The notes beneath the pieces are model-generated. The model was not told the origin of the DNA, did no database searches, and saw nothing but the letters and a program-made list of their open reading frames with translations. 24,351 nucleotides of DNA, from NCBI GenBank assembly GCA_040220555.1, contig JAVJUO010000224.1; one strand, 5' to 3'. The DNA is from Coleofasciculus sp. C1-SOL-03 (GTDB lineage Bacteria; Cyanobacteriota; Cyanobacteriia; Cyanobacteriales; Coleofasciculaceae). A program made the translations under genes and the position numbers. Shown piece by piece: positions 8,101-17,183 of the stretch. Numbering within the stretch: the stretch's first letter is position 1; every line of letters begins with the position of its first letter.

Positions 8101-9079
8101 TTTAGAGTTGAGAAAACGCCTGCTGGCTGATGACCATCCTCATGTCGCAGAAAGTTTGAACAATTTGGCAGGACTCTATTCATCACAGGGACGGTATAGT
8201 GAAGCTGAACCTTTGTATCTGCAAGTCTTAGAGTTGAATAAACGTTTGCTGGGAGATGACCATCCCGATGTGGCACGCAGTCTGAACACTCTGGCTCTAC
8301 TCTACTCATCACAGGAAAGGTATGATGAAGCCGAACCTTTGTTTGTGCAAGCCTTAGAGTTGAATAAACACCTGCTGGGAGATGACCATCTTGATGTAGC
8401 AGCTAGTCTGAACAGTCTGGGTAATCTTTACTATTCACAGGGAAGGTATGACGAAGCTGAACCTTTGTATCAACAAGCCTTAAAGTTATATAAACGCCTG
8501 TTGGGAGATGACCACCCCGATATGGCAACCAGTCTGAACAATCTGGCATATATCTACTCATCACAGGGAAGGTATTCAGAAGCTGAACCTTTGTATCTGC
8601 AAGCGTTAGAGTCATATAAACGCCTGTTGGGAAATGACCATTCCCATGTGGCAACCAGTTTGAATAATTTGGCTAATCTCTACTCATCACAGGGAAGGTA
8701 TTCAGAAGCTGAACCTTTGTATCTGCAAGCTTTAGAGTTATATAAACGCCTGCTGGGAGATAATCATCCCTATGTGGCAACCAGTCTGAACAATCTGGCA
8801 TATATCTCCTATTCACAAGGAAGGTATGATGAAGCAGAATCTTTGTATCTGCAAGCCTTAGAGTTGAATAAATGCCTGCTGGGTAATGACCATCCCTATG
8901 TGGTAAACAGTCTGAACAATCTGGCTTTACTCTACTATTCACAGGAAAGGTATAGTGAAGCCGAACCGTTGTATCTGCAAGCCTTAGAACTATGTAAACA
9001 CCTGCTGGGTGATGACCATCCCACAACAATTACTATCCGTGAAAATTTGCTCCAAATGCGCGAAGAATGGAATAAATAG
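5120..9079 (+). CDS. STAND NTPase: NB-ARC domain plus about 20-21 TPR (kinesin-light-chain-type, 42 aa) repeats. The start is uncertain: TTG at 5120, GTG at 5198 or 5213, or a frameshifted fusion to the upstream TIR ORF
   Basis: P-loop GMGGVGKTELA, Walker B LFIFDDV, and a GLPLGLELVG motif typical of NB-ARC. This is followed by reiterated LGDDHPDVATSLNNLAxLYxSQGRYSEAEPLYLQALEL units. There is no in-frame ATG upstream of the P-loop. Confidence 0.85.
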   Translation: MQGDKNSRHREFSKPLINPLSSDTRSVGLNQVSTLQIPHNLKHSGVVKFVGRSDVLKQLHQQLQQTERIAICAVAGMGGVGKTELALQYALHHRKQGTYPGGLCWIQAGESVVGTQIVSFARTQLDVQLPDGLDLTEQVAYCWRYWRLGDVLFIFDDVRNYRQIKPYLPPAESRFKVLITTRLQRLGASFQMKPLDVLTEEAAIALLVSLIGSERIEAEPEQVKRLCQDLGYLPLGLELVGRYLQRKPDLSLEKMSQRLGLKHRSLNNPDPDMTAKLGVEAAFELSWQELSQEAQKLACFLSLFALAPIPWTWVEQCWSDQDVEELEDIRDDELVNLSLLKRVDKESYQLHQLIREFLKEKFKEFTEASELKQRFCQGMVMAAKQIPRVSTKDDIVIATPMIPHLAEAATTQKDWLSDEDLTCPFVGLGRFYQGQGLYKQALPWFKQCLSATRKRLGDDHPDVASSLNNLAELYYFQGRYSEAEPLFLQALELRKRLLGNNHPFVATSLNNLALLYHSQGRYSEAEPLFLQALELYERLLGDNHPFMATSLGNLAGLYELQGRYSEAEPLHLQALELNKRWLGDDHPDVAASLNLLANLYRSQGRYSEAEPLFLQALELRKHLLGDDHPDVATSLNNLALLYYFQGRYSEAEPLYLQALELRKYLLGDDHPFVATSLNNLANLYSSQGRYSEAELLHLQALELRKRLLGDDHPDVAMSLNNLAYLYYLQGRYSEAELLHLQALELYKRLLGDDHPDVAMSLNNLAGLYDSQGRYSEAEPLYLQALELTKRLLGDDHPHVAASLNSLGNLYRSQGRYSEAEPLYLQALELRKRLLGDDHPDVATSLNNLAYLYYLQGRYKKAEPLFLQALELYKRLLGDDHPDVASSLNNLANLYSSQGRYEKAEPLFLQALELIKSLLGDNHPHVAASLNNLAYLYSSQGRYEKAELLYLQALELYKRLLGDDHPDVATSLNNLALLYYLQGRYSEAEPLFKQALELRKRLLADDHPHVAESLNNLAGLYSSQGRYSEAEPLYLQVLELNKRLLGDDHPDVARSLNTLALLYSSQERYDEAEPLFVQALELNKHLLGDDHLDVAASLNSLGNLYYSQGRYDEAEPLYQQALKLYKRLLGDDHPDMATSLNNLAYIYSSQGRYSEAEPLYLQALESYKRLLGNDHSHVATSLNNLANLYSSQGRYSEAEPLYLQALELYKRLLGDNHPYVATSLNNLAYISYSQGRYDEAESLYLQALELNKCLLGNDHPYVVNSLNNLALLYYSQERYSEAEPLYLQALELCKHLLGDDHPTTITIRENLLQMREEWNK
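6480..9030 (+). repeat. About 20 tandem 126-bp DNA repeats encoding the TPR units
   Basis: Long identical strings recur every 126 nt, for example CAGGGAAGGTATTCAGAAGCTGAACCTTTGT.TCTGCAAGCCTTAGAGTT. Confidence 0.9.
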
Positions 9080-9759
9080 GTTTCCTCTATTTCAGTCTCC
9101 GATTATGCTTTCTTTGTAAGTTACGGCTGTTTTATACATTTCAATTATTGAAAGAATAGTAATTCCTGATGAAAGAGTAGCTAAATATCATCCATAATAG
9201 TAATATCAACAGATCCTTTTAGCTGCCACCACAAGACCGAAAATTGTTGGTTAAGACTGGAGGGGGAAGGATAACGGATGAGTTGTGCCTACAGGGACAA
9301 AGTTGGTTAGCCGTTTCATTTAAATGGTGTTAGCCAGGACAACAGCACAGCCAGGAGTGTGTCGGCGTCGATCAGGATTGCATCAAATCTCTAAGCTAAC
9401 CCGATAAATGGGGTTACTCTATCCTGCGGGAATACCCAAGGGGAATGAGAAGACTCTGCCGATGTTCCTGAATTCAACCGAAAACATTGACATTTTTCAT
9501 CGGCAATATGTTGCTAGTGCAAGCAGGCATAAGACAGGAGGGAAGAACCCTTATACAGTAAGCTGTTGCACCTTTTTTAACTAGATACTTATTTCCGCCA
9601 CGCTGCACTCGGAAAAAGATTAGCTCTGGTTCCATGCAACTTGATAATGATCCAGGTTTTGTGCTAAAAAGTAAGTTTTTTTAGAGTAATTCTCCATCCG
9701 GTTAACGTCACTCATCACTCTTACTGAGTTGAATCACGTCCTAAAGTCTAGCAACAACA

Positions 9760-12030
9760 ATGGTAGAACAACCAACATTTCTCGATTTAACGGAACTCAA
9801 TCACCCCAACCTCCAGGGATCAGAACCCAATGGAACAGGTTTGAGTCATCTGGTGGCAAATATTCCCGGTGCGATTTACCGCCGCGCTTGGGATTCCCAG
9901 TGGACAACACGGTTTATTACTCCAGCTATCCAGGATATTTGCGGTTATCCAGCCAGTGATTTTATTAAAAATCGAGAACGGTCTTTAATCAGTATTATTC
10001 ATCCTGATGATAAACCAATTATTGAACAAGCTCTCGAAAAACAGCTAACTACTCAACAGCCTTATTGGTTGGAGTATCGGATTGTGCGATCAGATGGACA
10101 TATTATTTGGATTTGTGACAAAGGACAGGGAATTTTTGACGAAACTGGACAACTTCTTTGGCTGGATGGAATCATCCTGGATATTAGCCAGCGTCAACCT
10201 GAGGGTCACATTAGCCACACGGTACAACCGTCAGAAACTATTCAGGAATCTGATGCACTTTATCACCTGATGGTGGAAACGGCGTCAGAGGGAGTTTGGA
10301 TGTTTGATGTGAACAGCCAAACCGTTTTTGCTAATTCTCGTATGGCGGAAATGCTGGGTTATAGCGTCGAAGAAATGATCGGGCGATCGCTCTTTGATTT
10401 CATGGATGCAGAAAGTCGCCCTCTTTATTCAACCTATGTCTTGCGTCGTCGTCACGGTATCCACGAGCGCCACCCGTTTAAGTTTCGCCGTAAAGATGGC
10501 TCAGAATTATGGGCAATTGTGTCTGCTACGCCTATTTTAAACGCTCAGGGTGAGTTTGTCGGTGTGTTGAGGATGATTACCGATATTAGCGATACCCATG
10601 AGGAATCCACGCAACGCCAACAGGCGGAAAATGCATTGCGAGAGAGTGAACGGCGATTCCGGGCTATTTTTGATGCAACGTTTCAATTTATTGGTCTGCT
10701 TAAACCCGATGGTACGGTGTTAGAAGCCAATCAAACCGTGTTAAATTTTGGCGGATTGCGGCGTGAAGACGTGGCGGGGCGTCCCTTTTGGCAAACCCGA
10801 TGGTGGAGTCATTCATCAGAAATCCAGGAACAATTAAAACATGCGATCGCGGCGGCGGCGGCGGGTGAATTTGTGCGCTATGAAGTGGAGGTTGTTGGCG
10901 CGAATAACCAGGTAATCACGATTGATTTTTCTCTTAAACCCGTGACTGATGAAACCGGACAAGTTGTACTCTTGATTCCCGAAGGTCGTGATATTAATGA
11001 GCAGAAGCAAATCAGAGAAGCCTTGCGCCAGTCGGAAGGTCGATTAAAACTTAAAAACAAAAAACTCAAGCAAGTGTTACGCCAACTAAAAAACACTCAA
11101 GCTCAACTGGTTCAAAATGAAAAAATGATCAGTTTGGGTCAAATGATGGCGGGTATCGCCCATGAAATTAATAATCCAATTAGCTTTATCTATGGCAATA
11201 TTACTTATGCTCACGACTATACCCTAGAGCTGTTCAATTTGCTCGAACTCTATGGCAAACACTATCCAGAACCTGTACCCGAAATCCACGAGCAGATTGA
11301 GAGGATGGATCTGAATTTCTTAAAATCAGACTTTCCTAACCTGCTCAATTCCATGCAAGATGGAGCAGAACGTATCCGGGAAATTATTCTGTCTTTACGC
11401 AACTTCTCGCGTTTAGATGAAGCAGAACAGAAGTTGGTGAATATTCATGAAGGGATCGATAGCACGCTGCTTATTTTACAGCATCGATTAAAAAAGACCA
11501 TCTTTCCCAAAGAAATACAGATCATCAAAGATTATGGTCAACTTCCTCAGATTCACTGTTATCCCAGTCAGCTTAATCAGGTGTTTATGAATTTACTCAA
11601 TAATGCCATTGACGCCTTGGAACAGAAGAAAAAACATTATCAACACTTGGATGGGAACCAAACGATCACCATTTCTACTAGCGTTATCACTCCAGATCAT
11701 CATTGTCTATCTACTCCAGTTGAAGACCTACAGAGTCACGAAAACAAGGCAGAGAACGGAGGAAATGCAGCAGACGAAAATGATAGAAATTCTGCTTCTT
11801 TAATTATTCGTATTGCTGACAATGGCATTGGTATTCCAAAAACATTACAAAAGCACATATTAGATCCGTTCTTTACCACTAAGCCTGTGGGCGTCGGCAC
11901 AGGTTTAGGGTTATCAATCGCCCATGCGATTATTGTGGAAAAACACGGCGGTAAACTTAGTTATCAGTCTGAACCCGGTCAAGGAACAGAATTTATCATC
12001 GAACTACCCATACACCCGCCTCTAAATTAA
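9760..12030 (+). CDS. Multi-PAS sensor histidine kinase
   Basis: 756 aa. It has about three PAS/PAC-like modules, a coiled-coil linker, an H-box (MAGIAHEINNP), an N-box (NLLNNAIDA), G1 (DNGIGIP) and G2 (GTGLGLSIA). Confidence 0.85.
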   Translation: MVEQPTFLDLTELNHPNLQGSEPNGTGLSHLVANIPGAIYRRAWDSQWTTRFITPAIQDICGYPASDFIKNRERSLISIIHPDDKPIIEQALEKQLTTQQPYWLEYRIVRSDGHIIWICDKGQGIFDETGQLLWLDGIILDISQRQPEGHISHTVQPSETIQESDALYHLMVETASEGVWMFDVNSQTVFANSRMAEMLGYSVEEMIGRSLFDFMDAESRPLYSTYVLRRRHGIHERHPFKFRRKDGSELWAIVSATPILNAQGEFVGVLRMITDISDTHEESTQRQQAENALRESERRFRAIFDATFQFIGLLKPDGTVLEANQTVLNFGGLRREDVAGRPFWQTRWWSHSSEIQEQLKHAIAAAAAGEFVRYEVEVVGANNQVITIDFSLKPVTDETGQVVLLIPEGRDINEQKQIREALRQSEGRLKLKNKKLKQVLRQLKNTQAQLVQNEKMISLGQMMAGIAHEINNPISFIYGNITYAHDYTLELFNLLELYGKHYPEPVPEIHEQIERMDLNFLKSDFPNLLNSMQDGAERIREIILSLRNFSRLDEAEQKLVNIHEGIDSTLLILQHRLKKTIFPKEIQIIKDYGQLPQIHCYPSQLNQVFMNLLNNAIDALEQKKKHYQHLDGNQTITISTSVITPDHHCLSTPVEDLQSHENKAENGGNAADENDRNSASLIIRIADNGIGIPKTLQKHILDPFFTTKPVGVGTGLGLSIAHAIIVEKHGGKLSYQSEPGQGTEFIIELPIHPPLN

Positions 12031-12066
12031 GATTGTAGAGACGTTGCATGCAACGTCTCTACAATC
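12031..12066. terminator. Perfect 36-nt palindrome GATTGTAGAGACGTTGCATGCAACGTCTCTACAATC between convergent genes; probable bidirectional terminator and member of a repeat family
   Basis: It lies exactly between the kinase stop (12030) and the stop of the minus-strand ORF (12065-12067). Confidence 0.7.
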
Positions 12067-12517
12067 ACGGCGTTTCCCGCAGTGCTTGCAGATAATCCAT
12101 CGCAGCTTCCAGTTTGGAAGAATAGCTATAGGAAAACTCTTCAAACCAAAGCCCCTCATCAGAATGTGGCTTCAAATTATTTAACCACTCTTGGGCTTGT
12201 TGCTTCAGAGCGTCCCGTTTGCGTTGTTCTCGCTGTTTTGCCTTGAGTTCTTCTTCTTGCCGTTGCTGCTGCCGTTTTCGTTCGGCTTCGTGTTCTTGCT
12301 CCTCAAACTCAGCCTTCAGTTCTGAAAGCATAGCATCTTCTACAGGCGATCGCGAAGATTGGGACGAGGAAATAGGTTGATAGGTTGACGAATTCGTTCT
12401 AGGTGATTTCAAGTCGTCCTCATCCAACAGAGGTTTTTTCTCCGGGGGTTTTCCCTGGTCTTTTTCTTGATATTCGGCTTTAATTTGGGCTAATAAGTCA
12501 TCGGGGGATTCTGCCAT
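12065..12517 (-). CDS. Hypothetical highly charged coiled-coil protein
   Basis: 150 aa with an E/K/Q/R-rich centre (EAERKRQQQRQEEELKAKQREQRKR) and a more ordered C-terminus. No family was recognised. Confidence 0.5.
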   Translation of the reverse strand: MAESPDDLLAQIKAEYQEKDQGKPPEKKPLLDEDDLKSPRTNSSTYQPISSSQSSRSPVEDAMLSELKAEFEEQEHEAERKRQQQRQEEELKAKQREQRKRDALKQQAQEWLNNLKPHSDEGLWFEEFSYSYSSKLEAAMDYLQALRETP

Positions 12518-12769
12518 AAGACTAGACTCTCAGTTAGGAGAGATTTTTTTATCAACAGTTACAATTAAGGACATATCCTCAAACGGTCATGTCCTCTATA
12601 TCTTCTATTTTAATCAGCTTGGCTATACCAATTCTGACACCGAATCCCTTGATCTCTGCTCAGAGCGATCGCCTGAGGTAAGGATCGGATACTAAACCCA
12701 AACAGCATAATACTCACAGATGAGGTAAATGCACCCCCTGTGTTCTACAACACACGCTCACTTGGTTAT

Positions 12770-13375
12770 CTAATCAATTACAGCATTGAGCAACACGTCC
12801 GTTAAGGTCATGTCCTCCATATCCTCAATCGTGACCGTATCTACAATGTCAAACTTCGCACCCGCACCTTGCAGTTCATCATCCAGAATCTTGAGGAACT
12901 TCGTGGCTTGAGGATCACTGCCAATTTGGATAAAAGAAATCGCTAACTCTTCATCCTTTTCAATTCGGCGTGACGCTTCGATAATCACCTTCATCACGGC
13001 TTTGCGGTCATCGGGTTCCCCATCCGTAACCACCAGTAGGGTTTCACCATTCAACTTTGTCTGACCGCTAGTCTTGCGCTGAAAATAGTTATTGAGGGCA
13101 TCTTCTAAGACAGATGCCAAGTCTGTGCGTCCTGATGGCTCATTTTCCTGGAATACCTGCATGACTTTATTAGCTGTCACGCCATCATAGCGTCTGAAGC
13201 GACCCGAAAATAGGTAAATGGTAATGCCATCAGGATCAAATTCTTCACATTTATTCGCTAAAGCCAGAGTAGACTCTTGCATAACATCCCAGCGGCTTTT
13301 GCCAGAATACTGATCCCGAATTGACATACTGCCGCTTTTATCAATGATTAAGGTATAATCTCGTTTCTCTAGCAT
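12770..13375 (-). CDS. von Willebrand factor A (vWA) domain protein, possibly of the TerF-C-terminal-like vWA type
   Basis: 201 aa with the MIDAS motif IIDKSGSMS, then GRTDL and VVTDGEPDD. These are the spaced DxSxS...T...D elements of a vWA fold. Confidence 0.7.
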   Translation of the reverse strand: MLEKRDYTLIIDKSGSMSIRDQYSGKSRWDVMQESTLALANKCEEFDPDGITIYLFSGRFRRYDGVTANKVMQVFQENEPSGRTDLASVLEDALNNYFQRKTSGQTKLNGETLLVVTDGEPDDRKAVMKVIIEASRRIEKDEELAISFIQIGSDPQATKFLKILDDELQGAGAKFDIVDTVTIEDMEDMTLTDVLLNAVID

Positions 13376-13528
13376 AAAAACGTTCCCAAATCTACTACAG
13401 TCCTTCTCAAGGGTATCAAACCCACCATTAGGCGATCGCCAAGTTTACGGTGGCGACAGTTGGTGAGCAGGGCTGTAGGGGCGGGTTTTACGGAAAACGT
13501 TTAACGTTTTGGTGCAAACTGCTGGCAT

Positions 13529-13558
13529 TGTAGAGACGTTGCATGCAACGTCTCTACA
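13529..13558. terminator. Second identical copy of the TGTAGAGACGTTGCATGCAACGTCTCTACA palindrome, immediately downstream of ndhN
   Basis: The 30-nt core is identical to that of 12031-12066. It is located 4 nt after the ndhN stop. Confidence 0.7.
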
Positions 13559-13561
13559 GGA

Positions 13562-14044
13562 TTAGGATGCCAACTCAGATAACGTTTCCTGAAGCGGCTG
13601 CCAACGGAAATAGCGATCGCCTCCCATTTCAATTGCCACTTTCACCCGCTTCTCCTGTTTAGGTAATGCGATGAAATATTCAAGTTCTTGGCGCGACAGA
13701 CTACTGCCCTCAATTAGCCACAAAACCATCCCTTTCGACTTAGGGGGTAGCGTTTCCAACTGATACGTCAGGATAGGCGGGATAAAGTAAACCTCACCCA
13801 CCGCAGCGCTTTGACCGATGGTTTTCTTCCCCAAATGCGGCGGACGAACACCGTGAACCCTTGTCAGATAAGCGGCTGGATCGCCCAATCCCTTCGCTGA
13901 GAGGGAAATCGTCGTATAACCCGCCGCCCGCAGTCGTCGCCGATAACGTCCTTCAAATCCTCCTTCTAAGGGAGCGTACAATGCCAATGTGCCGGACTGT
14001 TCTAAATCCCGAATAAACGTCTTTCCGGTGGTGATCAGTGCCAT
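13562..14044 (-). CDS. ndhN: NAD(P)H-quinone oxidoreductase (NDH-1) subunit N
   Basis: 160 aa. MALITTGK.FIRDLE..G.L..Y.PLEGGFEGRYRRRLRAAGYTT...GLGD.AAYLT.VHGVRPPHLGKK is the hallmark NdhN sequence. Confidence 0.9.
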   Translation of the reverse strand: MALITTGKTFIRDLEQSGTLALYAPLEGGFEGRYRRRLRAAGYTTISLSAKGLGDPAAYLTRVHGVRPPHLGKKTIGQSAAVGEVYFIPPILTYQLETLPPKSKGMVLWLIEGSSLSRQELEYFIALPKQEKRVKVAIEMGGDRYFRWQPLQETLSELAS

Positions 14045-14307
14045 CTATTTCTCCGATTCCGCCTTAAGTTTTGTTAATTCTTATGAGCCAATTATATAGG
14101 GATAGAGGGTTCATGGCACATCTAGCAAGAGGAGGCGATTGAAATCGCGGCTACACTTGCCAAAGTCCGCCTGTGCGGACTGGGTTATAACAGGAGTAGC
14201 GTTCCTCGGATTTGGTATCAGTTGGTGTATTGAATAGCGATCGCAAGACGTAAAAACCATGCCCTAAGCGTAGTTGAAGGGTTAATTGTTGGGACAAACG
14301 CCAGCCA

Positions 14308-14373
14308 CTGTAGGGGCGGGTTTAGGAACTAGCGCTAGCTTGTTACCCATAACTCAACAACAAAACCCGCCCT
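14308..14373. repeat. CTGTAGGGGCGGGTTT...AAACCCGCCC stem-loop repeat
   Basis: Inverted complementary arms, of the same family as 1-56, 880-937 and 20637-20701. Confidence 0.75.
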
Positions 14374-14428
14374 TATTCATAAGTAGGGATTGTTAGGATA
14401 AAGCCAGTTTTCTTAACAATTCCCGTCC

Positions 14429-15334
14429 ATGGTTTCATTCAACTATCCCGTTCCTCAAACCGATCCACAGGGTTCACCCAAAGAAACGCTACCGACGATG
14501 TATGATCTTCCGAGTGAATATCCAGAGGAACCGGGTTTGCCTGACGAATTCCATGATTGGCAAGCGCAATTATTGAGCTTGACATTTTGCCCTCCCCACT
14601 ATCCCCTTTCACAGATCTTTTATGCCAGCGACTTGAACCTTTACTATGATGTGCGTCATCCTCTGTGGCATAAACGTCCAGATTGGTTTGGGGTTGTCGG
14701 CGTGCCGCGACTGTATAATGATGTGGATATGCGCCTGTCTTACGTGGTTTGGCAGGAGGGCGTCAATCCGTTTGTTGTCGTGGAATTGCTCTCCCCTGGA
14801 ACCGAGAGGGAAGACTTAGGAGAACAGATAATCCCAGCGCCAGACTCTGAGCCGGAACAAGGTCGAGGAAATGGGCAAGAGAGTCAGCCTCCCACTGAAG
14901 ATAAACCGCCGCGAAAATGGCAGGTTTACGAGCAGATTCTACAGATTCCTTACTATGTCGTATTCAGTCGTTACACCGATCAGCTACGAGTGTTTAAACT
15001 GAATGGAGCGCATTATCAAGAGTTAGAGGTACACGATGGGCGAGTATGGATGAGTGAGTTAGACTTAGGTTTGGGATTATGGCAGGGAGAGTTTCAAGGA
15101 ATTAATCGCCTCTGGTTGCGTTGGTATGATGCTCAAGGAAACTGGATTCTGACGGAAGCCGAACAACAGAGACAACAAGCTGAACAAGAAAGACAACGAG
15201 CTGAACAGGAAAGACAACGAGCTGAACAGGAAAGACAACGAGCCGAAGCCACACAAGCTCGGTTAGATGCTTTGATGGAGCGACTGCGAGAATCAGGTAT
15301 TGATCCCGATACCTTTTTCCAGGATCAGGGTTAA
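14429..15334 (+). CDS. Uma2-family (DUF820) putative endonuclease with a C-terminal coiled-coil repeat tail
   Basis: 301 aa. MYDLPSE.PEEPGLPDEFH..Q..LL and the PDWF..VGV / VVVELLSPGT core are typical of cyanobacterial Uma2 proteins. The tail is (QAEQERQR)n. Confidence 0.75.
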   Translation: MVSFNYPVPQTDPQGSPKETLPTMYDLPSEYPEEPGLPDEFHDWQAQLLSLTFCPPHYPLSQIFYASDLNLYYDVRHPLWHKRPDWFGVVGVPRLYNDVDMRLSYVVWQEGVNPFVVVELLSPGTEREDLGEQIIPAPDSEPEQGRGNGQESQPPTEDKPPRKWQVYEQILQIPYYVVFSRYTDQLRVFKLNGAHYQELEVHDGRVWMSELDLGLGLWQGEFQGINRLWLRWYDAQGNWILTEAEQQRQQAEQERQRAEQERQRAEQERQRAEATQARLDALMERLRESGIDPDTFFQDQG

Positions 15335-15574
15335 AATCAGTCGAGTCACTACAGTTTGCGATCGCCAGAAGTATTGAAAAGAGATATTAACCTTGTCTAC
15401 ATTAACAACAATAGAAGTTAAAAACATAGACCATTTAGAAATTGCCAGGACATCAGCCACTTATAGCAGCTACCTTGGCAGGGAGAGGGCATTCTTTACT
15501 GTTCCCTGTTCCCTGTTCCCGATTGAACCCAAGTGATGCCCTAACCTATCGCTGTAGTGCTATATGACTGCTAC

Positions 15575-16870
15575 CTATGGAGACTGAACTGATGCCCGAT
15601 CATTGGGTTGTTCGGCAATTGCCTGGTTGAGAACGTCTAGGGCTTTTACATATTGGGGATCGTCTGGCGTACCAATTTTAGTCCGATCCTTCTGTAATTC
15701 CTTGCGCTGTTCCTCAGTCAGTTCGATGACAATATCCGGTGGAATCCCTTCCTTATTAATATCGCGACCACTGGGCGTCAAATACTTAGCAATGGTCACC
15801 GCCAAACCCGAACCATCTCCGAGTCCGCGTACCGATTGTACCAAACCCTTGCCAAAGGTCTGAGTTCCGACTAACGTGGCTCGTTCGTTATCCTGCAAAG
15901 CACCTGAAAGAATCTCACTCGCACTAGCTGAACCGCCATCGACTAAGACAACTAATGGTTTATCGGTCAAGGCTCGATTTCTTCTAACAATTTCTTCATT
16001 TGAGCTACCCTGACGGTTCACCGTAGACACAATCTTGCCTTTATCCAGCCACATACGGGCAATCTCAATACTGGAGTAGAGTAATCCGCCCGGATTAGAG
16101 CGCAAATCTAAGATGTAGCCATTAACATCCTGTGTCTCTAAATCCTTAATCGCCTCGCGCATTTCCTCGGCTGCGATCGCGCTAAACTGATTTAGGCGAA
16201 TATAACCAATCCCACCCGTGGGGGTACTCCGATAACTGTAGCGTACTGGATGAATTTCAATCCGCGCCCGTGTGATTGTATAGTCGATTTCCTCCTCGTC
16301 GCGTTGAATGGTAAGCGTCACCTCAGTACCCGGTTTGCCGCGAATCAGTTGCACGGCGTCATTAACATCCATGCCTTCGGTACTCTGACCATCAATCTTA
16401 ACGATAATATCCTTGGCGAGAATACCTGCCTTAAACGCTGGTGTATCCTCAATTGGCGAAATCACCACCAACTTTTTCGTGTCCTCATCCTGGGCGATTT
16501 GAATTCCCACACCCGTTAATTCCCCAGAGGTATCAATTTGCATGTTTTTGAACTCTTCGGGGTCCATGAATCGGGTATAGGGATCGTCCAGCGTCTCGAG
16601 CATTTCCCGAATGGCTTCGTAAGCGTCCTGCTTGTCAGAATACTCACGGTTTAAATACTCATTCCGAATGGATCGCCAATCCACCTGGTTGAAGGTAGCA
16701 TCTACATATTGGCGATCAATAATTTGCCAGACTTCATCGACTAGCTCTTTGGGGCTTTCCTGAAAGAAAGCCTGACTTTGAGATAAATGCAGACCAGCCC
16801 CTGTAACTGCAACCGTTGTTAAGACTACTGCGGTCGCCCCGACCACGAGGCTACGTTTTGTAATTACCAT
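15575..16870 (-). CDS. ctp: Carboxyl-terminal processing protease (S41 peptidase with PDZ domain)
   Basis: 431 aa with an N-terminal signal/anchor, a PDZ segment (GVGIQI...SPIEDTPAFKAGIL..D.I..IDG) and the catalytic-region motifs LDLRSNPGG and VLVDGGSASASEI. The paralogue (CtpA, CtpB or CtpC) cannot be assigned. Confidence 0.85.
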   Translation of the reverse strand: MVITKRSLVVGATAVVLTTVAVTGAGLHLSQSQAFFQESPKELVDEVWQIIDRQYVDATFNQVDWRSIRNEYLNREYSDKQDAYEAIREMLETLDDPYTRFMDPEEFKNMQIDTSGELTGVGIQIAQDEDTKKLVVISPIEDTPAFKAGILAKDIIVKIDGQSTEGMDVNDAVQLIRGKPGTEVTLTIQRDEEEIDYTITRARIEIHPVRYSYRSTPTGGIGYIRLNQFSAIAAEEMREAIKDLETQDVNGYILDLRSNPGGLLYSSIEIARMWLDKGKIVSTVNRQGSSNEEIVRRNRALTDKPLVVLVDGGSASASEILSGALQDNERATLVGTQTFGKGLVQSVRGLGDGSGLAVTIAKYLTPSGRDINKEGIPPDIVIELTEEQRKELQKDRTKIGTPDDPQYVKALDVLNQAIAEQPNDRASVQSP

Positions 16871-17183
16871 AATCCTTTCACAAGCTGGAGGAAAACGACT
16901 GCAAAGGAATTACGCTCACTCTAACACAGGCTATGCCAGCACGCTCCTGTTGCACATCTTTGTTATCCATCCTAACTTGCTTGCAGTCCGGATGATAAGG
17001 TTGTTGAGTTTTAAATCGGGACGGCTGAAGGGAAATGCGGCTGTATTTGCCCTGATCCAATCGCTACACTAAATACCCAGCAAGGCTTACAGGTGTCCAA
17101 TAGGTCACCGTTTCCCCTTCGAGTCGCCACACAATGGTATCCAATGAGGTAGGGTCACAGCAATGTCGTCCCCTTATTTTGAT

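Noticed and set aside
6519-9029. Eight minus-strand ORFs (73-161 aa) antisense to the TPR region
   Set aside because: They are periodic artefacts of the 126-bp repeat. The same peptide motif reiterates, they have no independent start or SD context, and they lie fully inside a well-supported plus-strand gene.
16878-17060. 60-aa minus-strand ORF between ctp and the permease remnant
   Set aside because: It is short, with no SD and no recognisable motif, and lies in an intergenic position.
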